Below, in pieces: positions 1-9,897 of a DNA stretch of 64,000 bases; positions within the stretch are counted from its first letter, which is position 1; every line of letters starts with the position of its first letter. The DNA comes from an uncultured Verrucomicrobiae bacterium. Its GTDB lineage: Bacteria; Verrucomicrobiota; Verrucomicrobiia; Chthoniobacterales; Chthoniobacteraceae. The notes under the pieces were generated by a model. It saw only the letters and a program-made list of their open reading frames with translations, was not told the DNA's origin and made no database searches. The stretch covers positions 32,001 through 96,000 of the forward strand of contig CAWIKF010000002.1 of assembly GCA_963836755.1 (NCBI GenBank), in the 5' to 3' direction. Made by a program: the position numbers and the translations under genes.

Positions 1-97
1 GTTTGATGGCGCCGTAGCGCCGCTCCCAAGCGCGGATCACGTGGGGCGAGAGACCGGTCCGTTCGGCAGCGGCTTGAATGGAGAAGGACGAAACCAT
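1..97 (-). CDS. MerR-family regulator, CarH/LitR-like (5' part only; runs off the window)
   Basis: Minus-strand translation from ATG at 97 is MVSSFSIQAAAERTGLSPHVIRAWERRYGAIK. IRAWERRYG is the CarH/CarA/LitR HTH signature, and the gene is divergent from a carotenoid operon. The B12-binding domain would lie outside the window. Confidence 0.8.
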   Translation of the reverse strand, partial: MVSSFSIQAAAERTGLSPHVIRAWERRYGAIK

Positions 98-175
98 TGG
101 TGCGCAATAGTTCGACCGAAATGTGACATACACAAGAGAAAAGTTTTAGTCCCTCGAAAGATTGTCGAACTTTCA

Positions 176-206
176 CTTTGACAAACTGCGACACAAATTA
201 GACATT
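176..206 (+). promoter_or_regulatory. Putative crt promoter / CarH-type operator
   Basis: Perfect TTGACA at 178-183; GACA recurs at 180, 190 and 201 (10-11 bp spacing), resembling CarH direct-repeat operators that overlap the -35 box. Confidence 0.5.
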
Positions 207-240
207 GCCCGAAATCAAAGTTCCAAAACCACCCGCACCC

Positions 241-447
241 ATGTCTCTCATCCGCTCAAACATCGATCAAAAAGGCCGCATCATTCGCGGCGCCGGAGCA
301 CTTGCACTCGCCATCGGCGCGCTCGTCGCTCTGCCCCGTTCGCGCGCCATCGCGATCGGTCTTGGGGCGTCGGCAATCTTCGTCGCATTCGAGGCGGCGC
401 GCGGTTGGTGCGCGCTGCGCGCGTGCGGATTGAAGACAAAGTTTTGA
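241..447 (+). CDS. Small membrane protein, DUF2892/YgaP-like
   Basis: MSLIRSNIDQKGRIIRG start, two hydrophobic segments and a GWC...GxxT C-terminal motif typical of DUF2892; first gene of the crt operon. Confidence 0.65.
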   Translation: MSLIRSNIDQKGRIIRGAGALALAIGALVALPRSRAIAIGLGASAIFVAFEAARGWCALRACGLKTKF

Positions 448-460
448 TCGCCCGATCCTC

Positions 461-2002
461 ATGAATTACGACACCATCATCATCGGCGCCGGCCCCGGCG
501 GACTCGCTTCCGCGATGCTTCTCGCGGCGCAGGGGCTGAAAGTAAAATTGCTCGAGCGTCTCCCAAACATCGGCGGCCGCACGTCGTCAATCGAGGCTGA
601 CGGCTTCAAGTTTGATCTCGGCCCGACGTTTTTTCTCTACCCGCGCGTGCTCGAGGAAATCTTCGCCGCTGCCGGAACATCGTTGCGAGCCGAGGTCGAA
701 ATGGTGCGGCTCGATCCGCAATATCGCATCATTTTTGGCAGCGGCGGAAAGCTCGACGCGACGCCCGATGCCGCGCGGATGGAGGAGCAAATCGCAGTGA
801 TCGCGCCAAACGACGCGCCCGGGTTTCGCCGCTTCATGACGGAGAATCGCGAGAAGCTGCAACGGATGGAGCCGTGCCTCGAAACACCGTTTCTCGGCTG
901 GCAGGACCTGGTGCAAATGCGGCTGCTGAAAATGCTGCCGATGCTCCGTCCGCATCAGTCGATCGACAAATATCTCGGCCGCTTTTTCCGCGATCCCCGC
1001 ATCCGCCTCGCGTTTTCTTTTCAATCAAAATACCTCGGCATGTCGCCGTTTCGCTGCCCGAGCCTTTTTTCGATTCTGTCATTTCTCGAATACGAATACG
1101 GCGTCTTCCATCCGCTCGGAGGCTGCGCGGCGGTGACAGCAGCGATGGCGCGTGTGGCTCGTCGGCTCGGCGTCGAAATCGTCACGGACTCGCCTGTCGA
1201 AGAAGTGCTGTTTGAAGGCCGCCGCGCCGTCGGAGTTCGCACTGCAGCGGGCGTGGAAAAAGCGCGCGCGATTGTGTTGAACGCAGACTTTGCGCGTGCG
1301 ATGAAGCGCCTCGTTCCCGACCGCCTGCGCCGCCGCTGGACCGATCGCAAAATCGCGCGGAAGAAATTCTCGTGCTCGACTTTCATGATGTATCTTGGCG
1401 TCGACGGCACGTTCGACCTGCCGCATCACAGCATCCACATTGCCGCCGATTACGCGCGCAATCTCGACGAGATCGAGAACCAGCACGTCCTCTCGGACGA
1501 TCCGAGTTTTTATGTGCAAAATGCGAGCGTCACCGACCCATCGCTCGCGCCGCGCGGCAGCAGCGCTCTCTACGTGCTCGCGCCCGTCACGCACCAGCAC
1601 GCGAATGTGGATTGGTCGCGCGAGCGTGAGCGCTTTCGCTCAAAAATGCTTCGGCAGATCGAGAAAGCCGGCTTCACCGATGTCGAGCGACGCATTCGCT
1701 TCGAGCGCATCGTCACACCCGCCGATTGGGATTCGAGATACGAGATTCATCAAGGCGCGACCTTCAATCTCGCGCACACGCTCGATCAAATGCTGCACCT
1801 GCGCCCTCACAATCGTTTTGAGGATGTCGATGGAATTTACCTCGTCGGCGGCGGCACGCATCCGGGCAGCGGTTTGCCGGTGATTTTTGAAAGTGCACGC
1901 ATCAGCTCGCGGCTATTGCTGGCGGATTTTGGCGTCCTTCCCGTGAGAGAAACTGAAACCGCGCACGCGCTTGCGCCACTGCAAATGGAGCCCGCGCGAT
2001 GA
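461..2002 (+). CDS. crtN: Phytoene desaturase family protein (CrtN/CrtI-type C30 desaturase)
   Basis: GAGPGG FAD motif, FDLGPT, and C-terminal YLVGGGTHPGSGLP; context with CrtP and CrtQ homologs. Confidence 0.85.
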   Translation: MNYDTIIIGAGPGGLASAMLLAAQGLKVKLLERLPNIGGRTSSIEADGFKFDLGPTFFLYPRVLEEIFAAAGTSLRAEVEMVRLDPQYRIIFGSGGKLDATPDAARMEEQIAVIAPNDAPGFRRFMTENREKLQRMEPCLETPFLGWQDLVQMRLLKMLPMLRPHQSIDKYLGRFFRDPRIRLAFSFQSKYLGMSPFRCPSLFSILSFLEYEYGVFHPLGGCAAVTAAMARVARRLGVEIVTDSPVEEVLFEGRRAVGVRTAAGVEKARAIVLNADFARAMKRLVPDRLRRRWTDRKIARKKFSCSTFMMYLGVDGTFDLPHHSIHIAADYARNLDEIENQHVLSDDPSFYVQNASVTDPSLAPRGSSALYVLAPVTHQHANVDWSRERERFRSKMLRQIEKAGFTDVERRIRFERIVTPADWDSRYEIHQGATFNLAHTLDQMLHLRPHNRFEDVDGIYLVGGGTHPGSGLPVIFESARISSRLLLADFGVLPVRETETAHALAPLQMEPAR

Positions 2003-3307
2003 GCGAAATCGCAGAGCCACCTTTCCCGCCTCGCCAGGCGGAAACTTTGACGCGCACCGCATCGCGACACGTGCAGACCGGGGCGCGCGATGCGTCTCCA
2101 AGCCACGGCACATCGCTTCGGGAGCGACTGAGGATTGTTAGGAATTTGCGCCATCTGATCGCAGAGAATGCCGACGCGCTCGCTGACGCCGCCGCTTCGG
2201 TAAGCAAGCGTCCACGCGCGGAAAAACTCGTCGCGGAGATTTTGCCGCTTGCCGATGCCTGCCGCTGGCTCGAGCGAAACGCCGCGCGTGTGCTCGCGCC
2301 GCGTCGACTCGGAAAACGCGGACGCCCATTTTGGATGCGCGGCATTTCGCTCGAAATTCGACGGCAGCCATTCGGCGTCGTGCTCGTCATTGGTCCCGGA
2401 AATTATCCACTTTTTCTGCCGGCCGTTCATGCGCTGCACGCGCTCGTCGCCGGCAATTCCGTCCGCCTCAAACCCGCTCCCGGCACGCGTCACGTCGCCC
2501 TCGCTTTTGCGAGGCTCGCGACTGAAGCCGGCCTCGATCCCGCGCTGCTCGAAGTGCTCGACGACACTCACGCCGCCGCGCGCGACGCGATCGGCGAAGG
2601 CGCTGGACAAAGTTGTCTTCACCGGCTCGTCGGAAAATGGGCGCGCTGTTCTTGCGCAGCTCGCCGCCACGAATACGCCGGCGGTGATGGAACTTTCGGG
2701 CGAAGATGCGGTCATTGTTCTCGCCGACGCCGACCTCGATCTCGTCGTCCGCGCACTGCGCTTCGGCACTTCGATCAATGGCGGGAACACCTGCATCGCG
2801 CCGCGGCGAATCGTCGTCGTGCAACAGGTCGCCGGCGAACTGCTCGAGCGGCTCGCAGCCGCGCGCGTTCCGCGTTTGCTGACTGAACGCGTTGCTGACG
2901 AAGTTGCGGCTTTGCTCCGCGTCAACAGCCCCGACTTCGCACTCGGTGCGTCAATCTTTTCTCGGGACATCACGAATGCCCGCGTGCTCGCAGCGCGCAT
3001 CAAAACCGGCTTCGTCACGATCAATGATCTCATCGTTCCGACCGCGGATCCGCGGATGCCGTTTGGCGGAGTGCGCGCGAGCGGCTTCGGCACAACGCGC
3101 GGCGCGGAAGGGCTGCTCGAGATGACGCATCCTCACGTCGTCGCGTTGCACAGCGGAAATCGGCATCCCCATTTCGACGAACCCGCGCCGATCGACGCAA
3201 ACCTTTTCTCTGCCTACATCCGCGCGGCGCACGGGCGTCAAAGTCTTACCACGATGCGCCAGTTCGCCGGCGCACTTTTCGAGAAAATCAAATCCCTCAA
3301 ATCATGA
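1999..3307 (+). pseudogene. Aldehyde dehydrogenase (AldH/CrtNc-like), frameshifted at ~2603
   Basis: The 5' frame has PFGVVLVIGPGNYP and LKP; the 3' frame has KVVFTGS, MELSG, NGGNTC and PFGG. Deleting one C at ~2603 (GGC G[C]TG GAC AAA) restores ...GEGVDKVVFTGS. May be a sequencing error rather than a true lesion. Confidence 0.8.
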
Positions 3308-4885
3308 AACCAATCGGCATCATCGGCGGCGGACTCGCCGGGCTTTCAGCGGCTTGCGTGCTCGCTGCGCGCGGCCATCGCGTCGTCGTTTTCGAGCGCA
3401 ACGACTGGCTCGGCGGCAAGGCTGCGCAACTCACGGGCGACGGCTTCCGCTTCGACATGGGGCCGACGATCGTCACCATCCCATCGGTGCTGCGTCGCAT
3501 CTTCGCCGAGGCCGGCGAAAAGTTGGAAAATTACCTCGAGCTCGTGCGACTCGATCCGCAATGGCGCTGCTTTTTTGACGACGGCTCGCAGCTCGATTTG
3601 GCGCAAAATCCCGACGCGATGGCGCGGACGCTCGACGCATTTGCGCCCGGCACAAACTCGGGCCAACGCTACCGCGCTTTCATCGACTACAGCAAACGCC
3701 TCAACGGAATTTCGCAGCGCCATTTTTTCTACAAATCGATCGGCGGCATCGGCGACATGTTCCAGTGGAAAGCGTCGTTCGATCCGCAGATGCTCGGCGA
3801 CGTGCTCGCGATGCGCATGGGCCGTTCGGTCGCGAGCACCGTGCGGAAATTCACGCCCGATCCGCGCGTCGCGCAGATGGTCGATCACTTCACGCAATAC
3901 GTCGGCTCGTCGCCCTACGGCTCGCCCGCGGTGCTCTGCGGCATCGCGCACATGCAGACCGACGAGGGCATTTGGTATCCGCTCGGCGGGACGCGTGCGG
4001 TGCCGCTCGCGCTGGAAAAACTCGCGCGCAAACTTGGCGTCGAGTTTCGCGTCGGCGTAAAAATCGAGCAGATCCTCTCACAAGACGACGACGTCACCGG
4101 CGTCCGCACAGACGCAGGCGAGGAGATCGCGCTCAGCGCCGTCGTCTCGAATTGCGATTCCGTCCGCACGCATCGTGAGCTCATCAATGGCAAAATCGCC
4201 AAACGCTTCGAGCGCCGCCGCAACTACGAACCCGCCTGCTCCGGCGTCGTCCTTTATCTCGGCCTCAACAAACGCTACGAGCACCTCGCGCATCACGACT
4301 TTGTTTTCAGCCGCGACCCGCACGAGGAGTTCGATTTCATCTACAAAAAGGGCGAGCCCGCGCCCGATCCGACGTGCTACCTCGCCGCGACCACCTGCAC
4401 CGAACCCGGCGCCGCGCCGCCCGGCGGCGAAGCGCTCTACGTGCTCGTCCACGCGCCGTATCTGCGCCCGCATCACGATTGGAAAAAAATGCTGCCCGAG
4501 TATCGCCGCGTGATTCTGGAAAAGCTCAAGCGCACCGCCCAAATGCCCGATCATCGAATCGCGCATCGTCTTCGAGCGCACGCTCACGCCGCAGGACATT
4601 CACGACCGCTACCACGTGCTCGACGGCGCGATCTACGGCCTCGCCAGCCACGGCAAATTCCTCGGCGCGTTCAAACCCGGCAACCGAAGCCCCGACCTGC
4701 GCGGCCTCTACCTCGCCGGCGGCGCTGCGCATCCCGGTCCGGGAATGCCGATGGTGCTGATGTCCGGCTGGATCGCCGCCGATGCGCTCGATCGCGATGG
4801 TCTCGGCAGCGAAACCGCCGCGCCTGATGCCGTCAAAGTTGAAACGCAAAATCTTCATCGCGAAGAAGCGCACGCTGAAAAATGA
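3304..4885 (+). pseudogene. crtP: Diapolycopene/diaponeurosporene oxygenase (CrtP/CrtNb-like), frameshifted at ~4552
   Basis: GGGLAG FAD motif, FDMGPT and HFTQYVGSSP; the C-terminal GAIYG...YLAGGAAHPGPGMPMV lies in the next frame. Removing one base at ~4551-4552 gives QMPDIESRIVFERTLTP. Confidence 0.8.
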
Positions 4886-5688
4886 AAACCGCTGTGCCAG
4901 TTCGCCAGCGTTCAGCATTGCCGCGCATCTCCGCGCCGATGATGAAGGTTTTCGCGGCCTACTCGCGCAGCTACGTCGGCAGGAATTTTCATTCGATCCG
5001 CATTTTGAAAAACGCGCTGCCGCCGCGCGATTGTGCACGACCGCTGGTAATTTTCCTGAACCACGCAGCGTGGTGGGACCCGCTCGTTTGCCTGCTGCTT
5101 TCTCGCGAATTTTTTGCGGAGCGCACGTCCTTCGCGCCGATTGATTCCCGGATGCTCGAGCGCTACGGATTCTTTCGGCGGCTCGGTTTTTTCGGCATCG
5201 AACCGCACACCGCGGATGGCGCTCGCACTTTTCTCCGCGCCGCGGGCGCGATCCTCGCTTCGTCCGCGAATGCGCTTTGGCTCACGCCGCAGGGGCGGTT
5301 CATGGATGTGCGCGAGCGCCCGCTGCGTCTTGAGGAAGGGCTTGGCGCGATCGCCGCGCGCGAGCCGGATGCAGTGTTCGTGCCGCTCGCGATTGAGTAT
5401 GCATTTTGGACCGAGCCGCGACCGGAAATTCTGGTCGCATTTGGTGAGCCGATCACGCCGATCGACGTGCCAATGTCTGTGCAATGGACGCAAACTTTTT
5501 CCGATGCTCTCGAAGCTGCGCAGGACGAATTGGCTGCGCGTTCCTGCCGTCGTGACCCCGACGAATGGCTTGTCCTCAACCGCGGAAAATCCGGCGTGAG
5601 CGTGATCTACGACGCCGCGCGGTGGCTGCGTGCGCGGCTGCGTCGCAAAAAGTTTGACGCCGATCATTCGCCGGGCGCGCTGCGATGA
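4882..5688 (+). CDS. Lysophospholipid acyltransferase family protein (probable carotenoid acyltransferase)
   Basis: NHAAWWD (HxxxxD) and PQG motifs of the PlsC-like family; overlaps neighbouring crt genes. Confidence 0.8.
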   Translation: MKTAVPVRQRSALPRISAPMMKVFAAYSRSYVGRNFHSIRILKNALPPRDCARPLVIFLNHAAWWDPLVCLLLSREFFAERTSFAPIDSRMLERYGFFRRLGFFGIEPHTADGARTFLRAAGAILASSANALWLTPQGRFMDVRERPLRLEEGLGAIAAREPDAVFVPLAIEYAFWTEPRPEILVAFGEPITPIDVPMSVQWTQTFSDALEAAQDELAARSCRRDPDEWLVLNRGKSGVSVIYDAARWLRARLRRKKFDADHSPGALR

Positions 5689-6794
5689 TCACAGCACTGG
5701 CCATCGTCAGCTGCATCTTCGCGCTGATTCCCGCGGCGCTCTTCGTGCAAAATCTCGCACTTTACCTTCCACTGCCGGCCGCGGACGCCGTGCGCCGCCG
5801 CTGCTCCGTGCTCATCCCCGCGCGCAATGAAGAAGCAAACATCGCTGCCGCGCTGGAATCGATCCTCAGGAGCGAAGGCGTGAATTTTGAAATCGTGGTT
5901 CTCGACGACGGCTCGACCGATCGCACCGCCGAAATCGTGCGAAACTTTTGCTCGCACGATTCGCGAGTTCGACTCGGGAGCGCGAAGCCGCTGCCGCCTC
6001 GCTGGTGCGGAAAAAATTTTGCATGCCAACAGCTCGCGGCTTTCGCTTCGCACCCGCTGCTCGTTTTCATGGATGCCGATGTGCGCATCGCAAAACCGGA
6101 CGCACTCGCGAGGCTCGCGAGCCTCATGCAAAGCGGCCCCGCGCTCGCCAGCGGACTGCCGCGCGAGGAGACCATTGGCTTGACGGAAAAGCTCATCATC
6201 CCGCTCATTCATTTTGTGCTGCTCGGATTTCTGCCGCTGCAGCGGATGCGCGCCGGAAGCGATCCGCGCTTCGCCGCCGCGTGCGGACAAATCCTCGCCG
6301 TGCGCCGCGAAGCTTACGAGCAAATCGGCGGTCACGCATCGGTGGCCGATCGGATGCACGATGCCGTCGCGCTCGCACGCCACTTTCGCGCGCACGGTTT
6401 CAGAACGGATCTCTTTGACGCGACCGATACCTTTCGTTGCCGCATGTATCGGAGCGCTGCGGAAGTTTGGCATGGCTTTGCGAAAAATGCGCACGAGGGT
6501 CTTGCCGCGCCGCGCCTAATTATTCCCGCGACCGTGCTGCTGCTCGGCGGCCAGGTGCTGCCGATTTGCCTGCTAATGTTCGCGCCGTCGATGCCCGCGC
6601 TCATTGCGACAGCGGCCGCGTATCTTCCACGCATCATCAGCATCACGCGCTTTCGCCAATCCATCATGGGCGCGCTGCTGCATCCGCTCGGCATCTGGGT
6701 GCTCGTTGCGATTCAATGGTTCGGGTTCATCCGCTCGCTGCGCCAGCGGCCGGCCATGTGGAAAGGCCGCGCGTATTCTGCAGCAAGCGCGTAG
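5685..6794 (+). CDS. crtQ: GT2 glycosyltransferase, CrtQ-like carotenoid glycosyltransferase
   Basis: LIPARNEE, DDGSTD, W.GK..ACQQL, DAD and CRMY motifs, with C-terminal membrane helices. Confidence 0.75.
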   Translation: MITALAIVSCIFALIPAALFVQNLALYLPLPAADAVRRRCSVLIPARNEEANIAAALESILRSEGVNFEIVVLDDGSTDRTAEIVRNFCSHDSRVRLGSAKPLPPRWCGKNFACQQLAAFASHPLLVFMDADVRIAKPDALARLASLMQSGPALASGLPREETIGLTEKLIIPLIHFVLLGFLPLQRMRAGSDPRFAAACGQILAVRREAYEQIGGHASVADRMHDAVALARHFRAHGFRTDLFDATDTFRCRMYRSAAEVWHGFAKNAHEGLAAPRLIIPATVLLLGGQVLPICLLMFAPSMPALIATAAAYLPRIISITRFRQSIMGALLHPLGIWVLVAIQWFGFIRSLRQRPAMWKGRAYSAASA

Positions 6795-6804
6795 ACCAAT
6801 CGCC

Positions 6805-6832
6805 CGTAACCCTGTGTTCATCAGGGTTTACG
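6805..6832. terminator. Hairpin between convergent crtQ and tRNA-Tyr
   Basis: Imperfect inverted repeat CGTAACCCTG-N7-CAGGGTTTACG. Confidence 0.4.
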
Positions 6833-6834
6833 AG

Positions 6835-6919
6835 TGGTGGGCAGGGTTGGATTCGAACCAACGAAGGCAATGCCAGCGGATTTACAGTCCGCCCCGTTTG
6901 GCCACTCCGGAACCTACCC
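6835..6919 (-). tRNA. tRNA-Tyr(GTA)
   Basis: Minus strand GGGTAGGTTCCGGAGTGG...CTGTAAA...GGTTCGAATCC...CCCACCA; long variable arm; CCA encoded. Confidence 0.97.
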
Positions 6920-7018
6920 TATCGCTCGCGAAATTTCGGCGCGCTTCGCAGCCGCTTTCGGAAACAGGACTCGGATTTATAGCCGCGTTTGCCAGCGGCG
7001 CAAGCGATTCCTTTCGCG

Positions 7019-7594
7019 CTAATTCCGCGTCTCGAGCTTGATCGATTTGATCCTGATCGGGTTGATCGGATTATCGTTCGTGTCGGCCGGCGCACTGCTG
7101 ATTTTGTCGAGCACGTCCATGCCATCAATCACGTGACCGAAGACGGTGTATTGGCCGTCGAGATTTGGCATCGGCTTCAGGCAAACGTAAAACTGGCTGC
7201 CGCTGGATCGCCGCGCCGGATTAATCGTGTCGGGCAGGCGCGACATCGCGACGGCGCCGGCGATGTGCTTGCGATGAATCTCCGGCGGCAATGTGTAGCC
7301 GGGGCCGCCGGTGCCGACTTTGCCGCGGTTTTTTTTCAGGCTCAGCGGGTCGCCGGCCTGCACGAGCGAGTGTGCGAAGACTCGATGAAAGCTGATGTTC
7401 TTGTAAAAACCGTGTCGCGCGAGTTTCTTGAAATTCGCCACTGTTTCCGGCGCATCCTGGTCGTAAAACCCGATCACCACGTGCGAAAGTTTTTTCTCGC
7501 CGGGCATTTTGATGTTCAGCACCGCGACGTCTTCGGCGAACGCCGCGCTTGCCAGCGCCGCGATGGTGATGAGGCTGAGAAAAATTGCTTTCAT
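7019..7594 (-). CDS. Cyclophilin-type peptidyl-prolyl isomerase with signal peptide
   Basis: APETVANF, FHRV, QAGDP, GAVAMSR, GSQFY and LDGQYTVFG motifs. Confidence 0.95.
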   Translation of the reverse strand: MKAIFLSLITIAALASAAFAEDVAVLNIKMPGEKKLSHVVIGFYDQDAPETVANFKKLARHGFYKNISFHRVFAHSLVQAGDPLSLKKNRGKVGTGGPGYTLPPEIHRKHIAGAVAMSRLPDTINPARRSSGSQFYVCLKPMPNLDGQYTVFGHVIDGMDVLDKISSAPADTNDNPINPIRIKSIKLETRN

Positions 7595-8508
7595 AAAATC
7601 AAGGGCAGCTCGCGGACTTCAATTTCGCGCGCCGTCCCATCGCCGGCACGCGCATGGCAGCTGGCCGCATCGACGCCGCGCTTGAGATAGCCGAGCGCGG
7701 CAAATTTTTCCAAGCCAAAACTCCAGGTCGCGCTCGTCAATCTTCCAACGACCTTTGCGGAATCTTCCGAAAAAATCTCCATTCCTGCGGCAAGCGGAGC
7801 GGCAGAAACCAATCCGCGCAGCGTGCGATTCACATGGCCGACGCTCTGGATGCGCGAAATAACTTCCTGTCCGATGTAGCAACCTTTGTGAAAATCCACA
7901 GCGGTCCGGTCGAGTCCGGCCTCGGCTGGAATCGTCTCCTCATCAAGCTCCGCGCCCCATCGCGGCACGCCGGCCTCAATGCGAATCGTCTCGGACAAAA
8001 CATCGTCGAGCAGGACAAAGATGGCGGAAAGTCGCTGCAAAAGTTCCTCGCGCCGCATCACTGGAATGAGCAAATCTACGCCGGCCGCGCCAAAACGGTC
8101 TGCAGCCGTTTGTTCAATATCCGCAGCGAGCGACCTGGAAAGCTTTTCTGGTTCCGCGAGCACGTGCAGCAGGCACATTTCGCCGGTCACGTCCTCGATG
8201 ACGACGTCATCCGCGACAATGTAACGCTCGAGCCGCGGGGGAAGACTTTCGCGCAGCGTCGGCTCCGCATCGATCCAAAGAAAATCGGGCTCGGCGCCGA
8301 GAAAAATCTCCCCAGACATCTTGCCTTTCGCAGTCATCACGCAAGCGCGCATCATCTGCCCGGGCGCGAGTTTGCGCACATCGTTGCTCACCTGCCCGTT
8401 CATGAAACGGACGCGATCCGCGCCGCTCACGCGCCATTGCGCACGCGCGGAAAGATCGAAAATTGCGCCGCGTTTTTTCGCTTCGCGGTAAAGTTCTGCG
8501 CGCTCCAT
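7591..8508 (-). CDS. ygfZ: YgfZ/GcvT-family folate-binding protein
   Basis: KGCYIGQE signature; GADRVRFMNGQVSND. Confidence 0.9.
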   Translation of the reverse strand: MERAELYREAKKRGAIFDLSARAQWRVSGADRVRFMNGQVSNDVRKLAPGQMMRACVMTAKGKMSGEIFLGAEPDFLWIDAEPTLRESLPPRLERYIVADDVVIEDVTGEMCLLHVLAEPEKLSRSLAADIEQTAADRFGAAGVDLLIPVMRREELLQRLSAIFVLLDDVLSETIRIEAGVPRWGAELDEETIPAEAGLDRTAVDFHKGCYIGQEVISRIQSVGHVNRTLRGLVSAAPLAAGMEIFSEDSAKVVGRLTSATWSFGLEKFAALGYLKRGVDAASCHARAGDGTAREIEVRELPLIL

Positions 8509-8520
8509 TCGCCGCGCGAC

Positions 8521-9717
8521 TCAGTCCGGGTTTGTGCCAAGCCAGCGGCGAAAACGGTGCAGCCGATTTTTTTGCGCGGCCACTTCCGGCTGCTGCGGTT
8601 CGGCGATTTTTTCCTCTGGCGACGCTTCCTTTTTTTCCGGCGACGAGCCGTTTTTCGGTAGCTGAGATTGGTCTTTGTCCGCTGTTTTTGGCTCCGTGGA
8701 AATGACGGTCGCCGCAATTTCCAGCGTCTCGCCTGCCTCCTGCCGCGGTGGCGCGGCCATGTGGCTGAGCGTTTCTTTCGGCGGTTCGGTCTCGACCGGC
8801 TTCGATGCTTCCTCCGGCTGCTTCAGCTGGGCTGGCGGATTCTCTTTTCGCGGCGGCGCGAGATCTTTTTCGGATTCGTAAATCTTCGCGATTGCCGCGA
8901 AATCGAGATCGGCCCAGCCGCGATTCAGGCCTCCAAACATCACGCCGGCGGTCGCCGTGGTCGCTGGGATGTCGATCTCCAGCGCGTTCGCGATATGGAT
9001 GCCGATCTGCACGTCTTTAAACATGTGTTTCAGCGAAAAATGCGGTTCGAAGTCGCGATGGATGATCTTGTTCAGCTTCATGTCGATCAGCCCGGAGCGC
9101 GCGCCGTGATGCTCCATCGCGTCGGCGAAAACCTCGGCGGAAATTCCGGACTTTTTCACAATCGCAATCGCTTCGGACAGCGTCTGCACCGTCACTGCGG
9201 CGAGCATGTTCGTCGCGATTTTTACCGTGGCCGCGTCGCCGATTTTCCCGATTTTGACAATCTCTTTGCTGCTCGCCTTGAGCATCGGTTCGGCGCGGCG
9301 AAAGACTTCATCGTCGCCTCCGATGTAATAGACGAGCTGCCGATTTTCGGCGGCTGCCTTGCTGCCGGTGAACGGCGCGTCGAGAAATTTTGCGCCCGAT
9401 CCTTGGACAAGCCGCGCTGCTTCCAGAACCGCCTCCGGGCCGATGGTCGCGTTGCAAATAATCACGTGCTGCTCGGTCAAAAGTCCGCTCATCGCGTCGA
9501 GCACCTCGAAAAGCGCCTGCGCGTCGGAGACGAAGATTTGAATCACATCGCACAGCTCCGCCACGTCGGCCGGTGAGCTCAGGAAATTCGGAGCAGCGCG
9601 CGGCGTGCGGTTCCAGACGTAAACGTGAAATCCGCCGTGCCGCAGTGCATTCGCGACGCGTGAGCCGATGATGCCCAGCCCGATCAGTCCGACGTTTTTG
9701 CGAGATTTGCGCGGCAT
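8521..9717 (-). CDS. NAD(P)-dependent oxidoreductase (3-hydroxyisobutyrate dehydrogenase family) with low-complexity C-terminal tail
   Basis: GLIGLGIIG, WNRT, DAPFTGS, KIATN and HMFKD motifs; start taken at MPRKSRK (9717). Confidence 0.85.
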   Translation of the reverse strand: MPRKSRKNVGLIGLGIIGSRVANALRHGGFHVYVWNRTPRAAPNFLSSPADVAELCDVIQIFVSDAQALFEVLDAMSGLLTEQHVIICNATIGPEAVLEAARLVQGSGAKFLDAPFTGSKAAAENRQLVYYIGGDDEVFRRAEPMLKASSKEIVKIGKIGDAATVKIATNMLAAVTVQTLSEAIAIVKKSGISAEVFADAMEHHGARSGLIDMKLNKIIHRDFEPHFSLKHMFKDVQIGIHIANALEIDIPATTATAGVMFGGLNRGWADLDFAAIAKIYESEKDLAPPRKENPPAQLKQPEEASKPVETEPPKETLSHMAAPPRQEAGETLEIAATVISTEPKTADKDQSQLPKNGSSPEKKEASPEEKIAEPQQPEVAAQKNRLHRFRRWLGTNPD

Positions 9718-9829
9718 GCGTTCATTGAAGCGCGTTGACGTAACGGGAGCGACTTTTTTTGAAAGAAAAATCGGCCTGTGGCGGTCGCGAACGGCTCGCG
9801 GCAAAATTTCACCCGCACTTTGAAAACAT

Positions 9830-9859
9830 ACTGGCACGACCTTTTCGGATCGTGCCAGT
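9830..9859 (-). terminator. Probable intrinsic terminator
   Basis: ACTGGCACGA-N10-TCGTGCCAGT hairpin followed on the minus strand by ATGTTTT, downstream of the 9898-11601 gene. Confidence 0.55.
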
Positions 9860-9897
9860 CAATGCGTTAACCGCTGTTTTTAAAGTTCAGCTTGCGA

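Noticed and set aside
6795..6919. Carotenoid cluster as an island integrated at tRNA-Tyr
   Set aside because: No integrase or duplicated tRNA 3' end is visible in the window, and composition resembles the backbone. Cannot be supported from this window.
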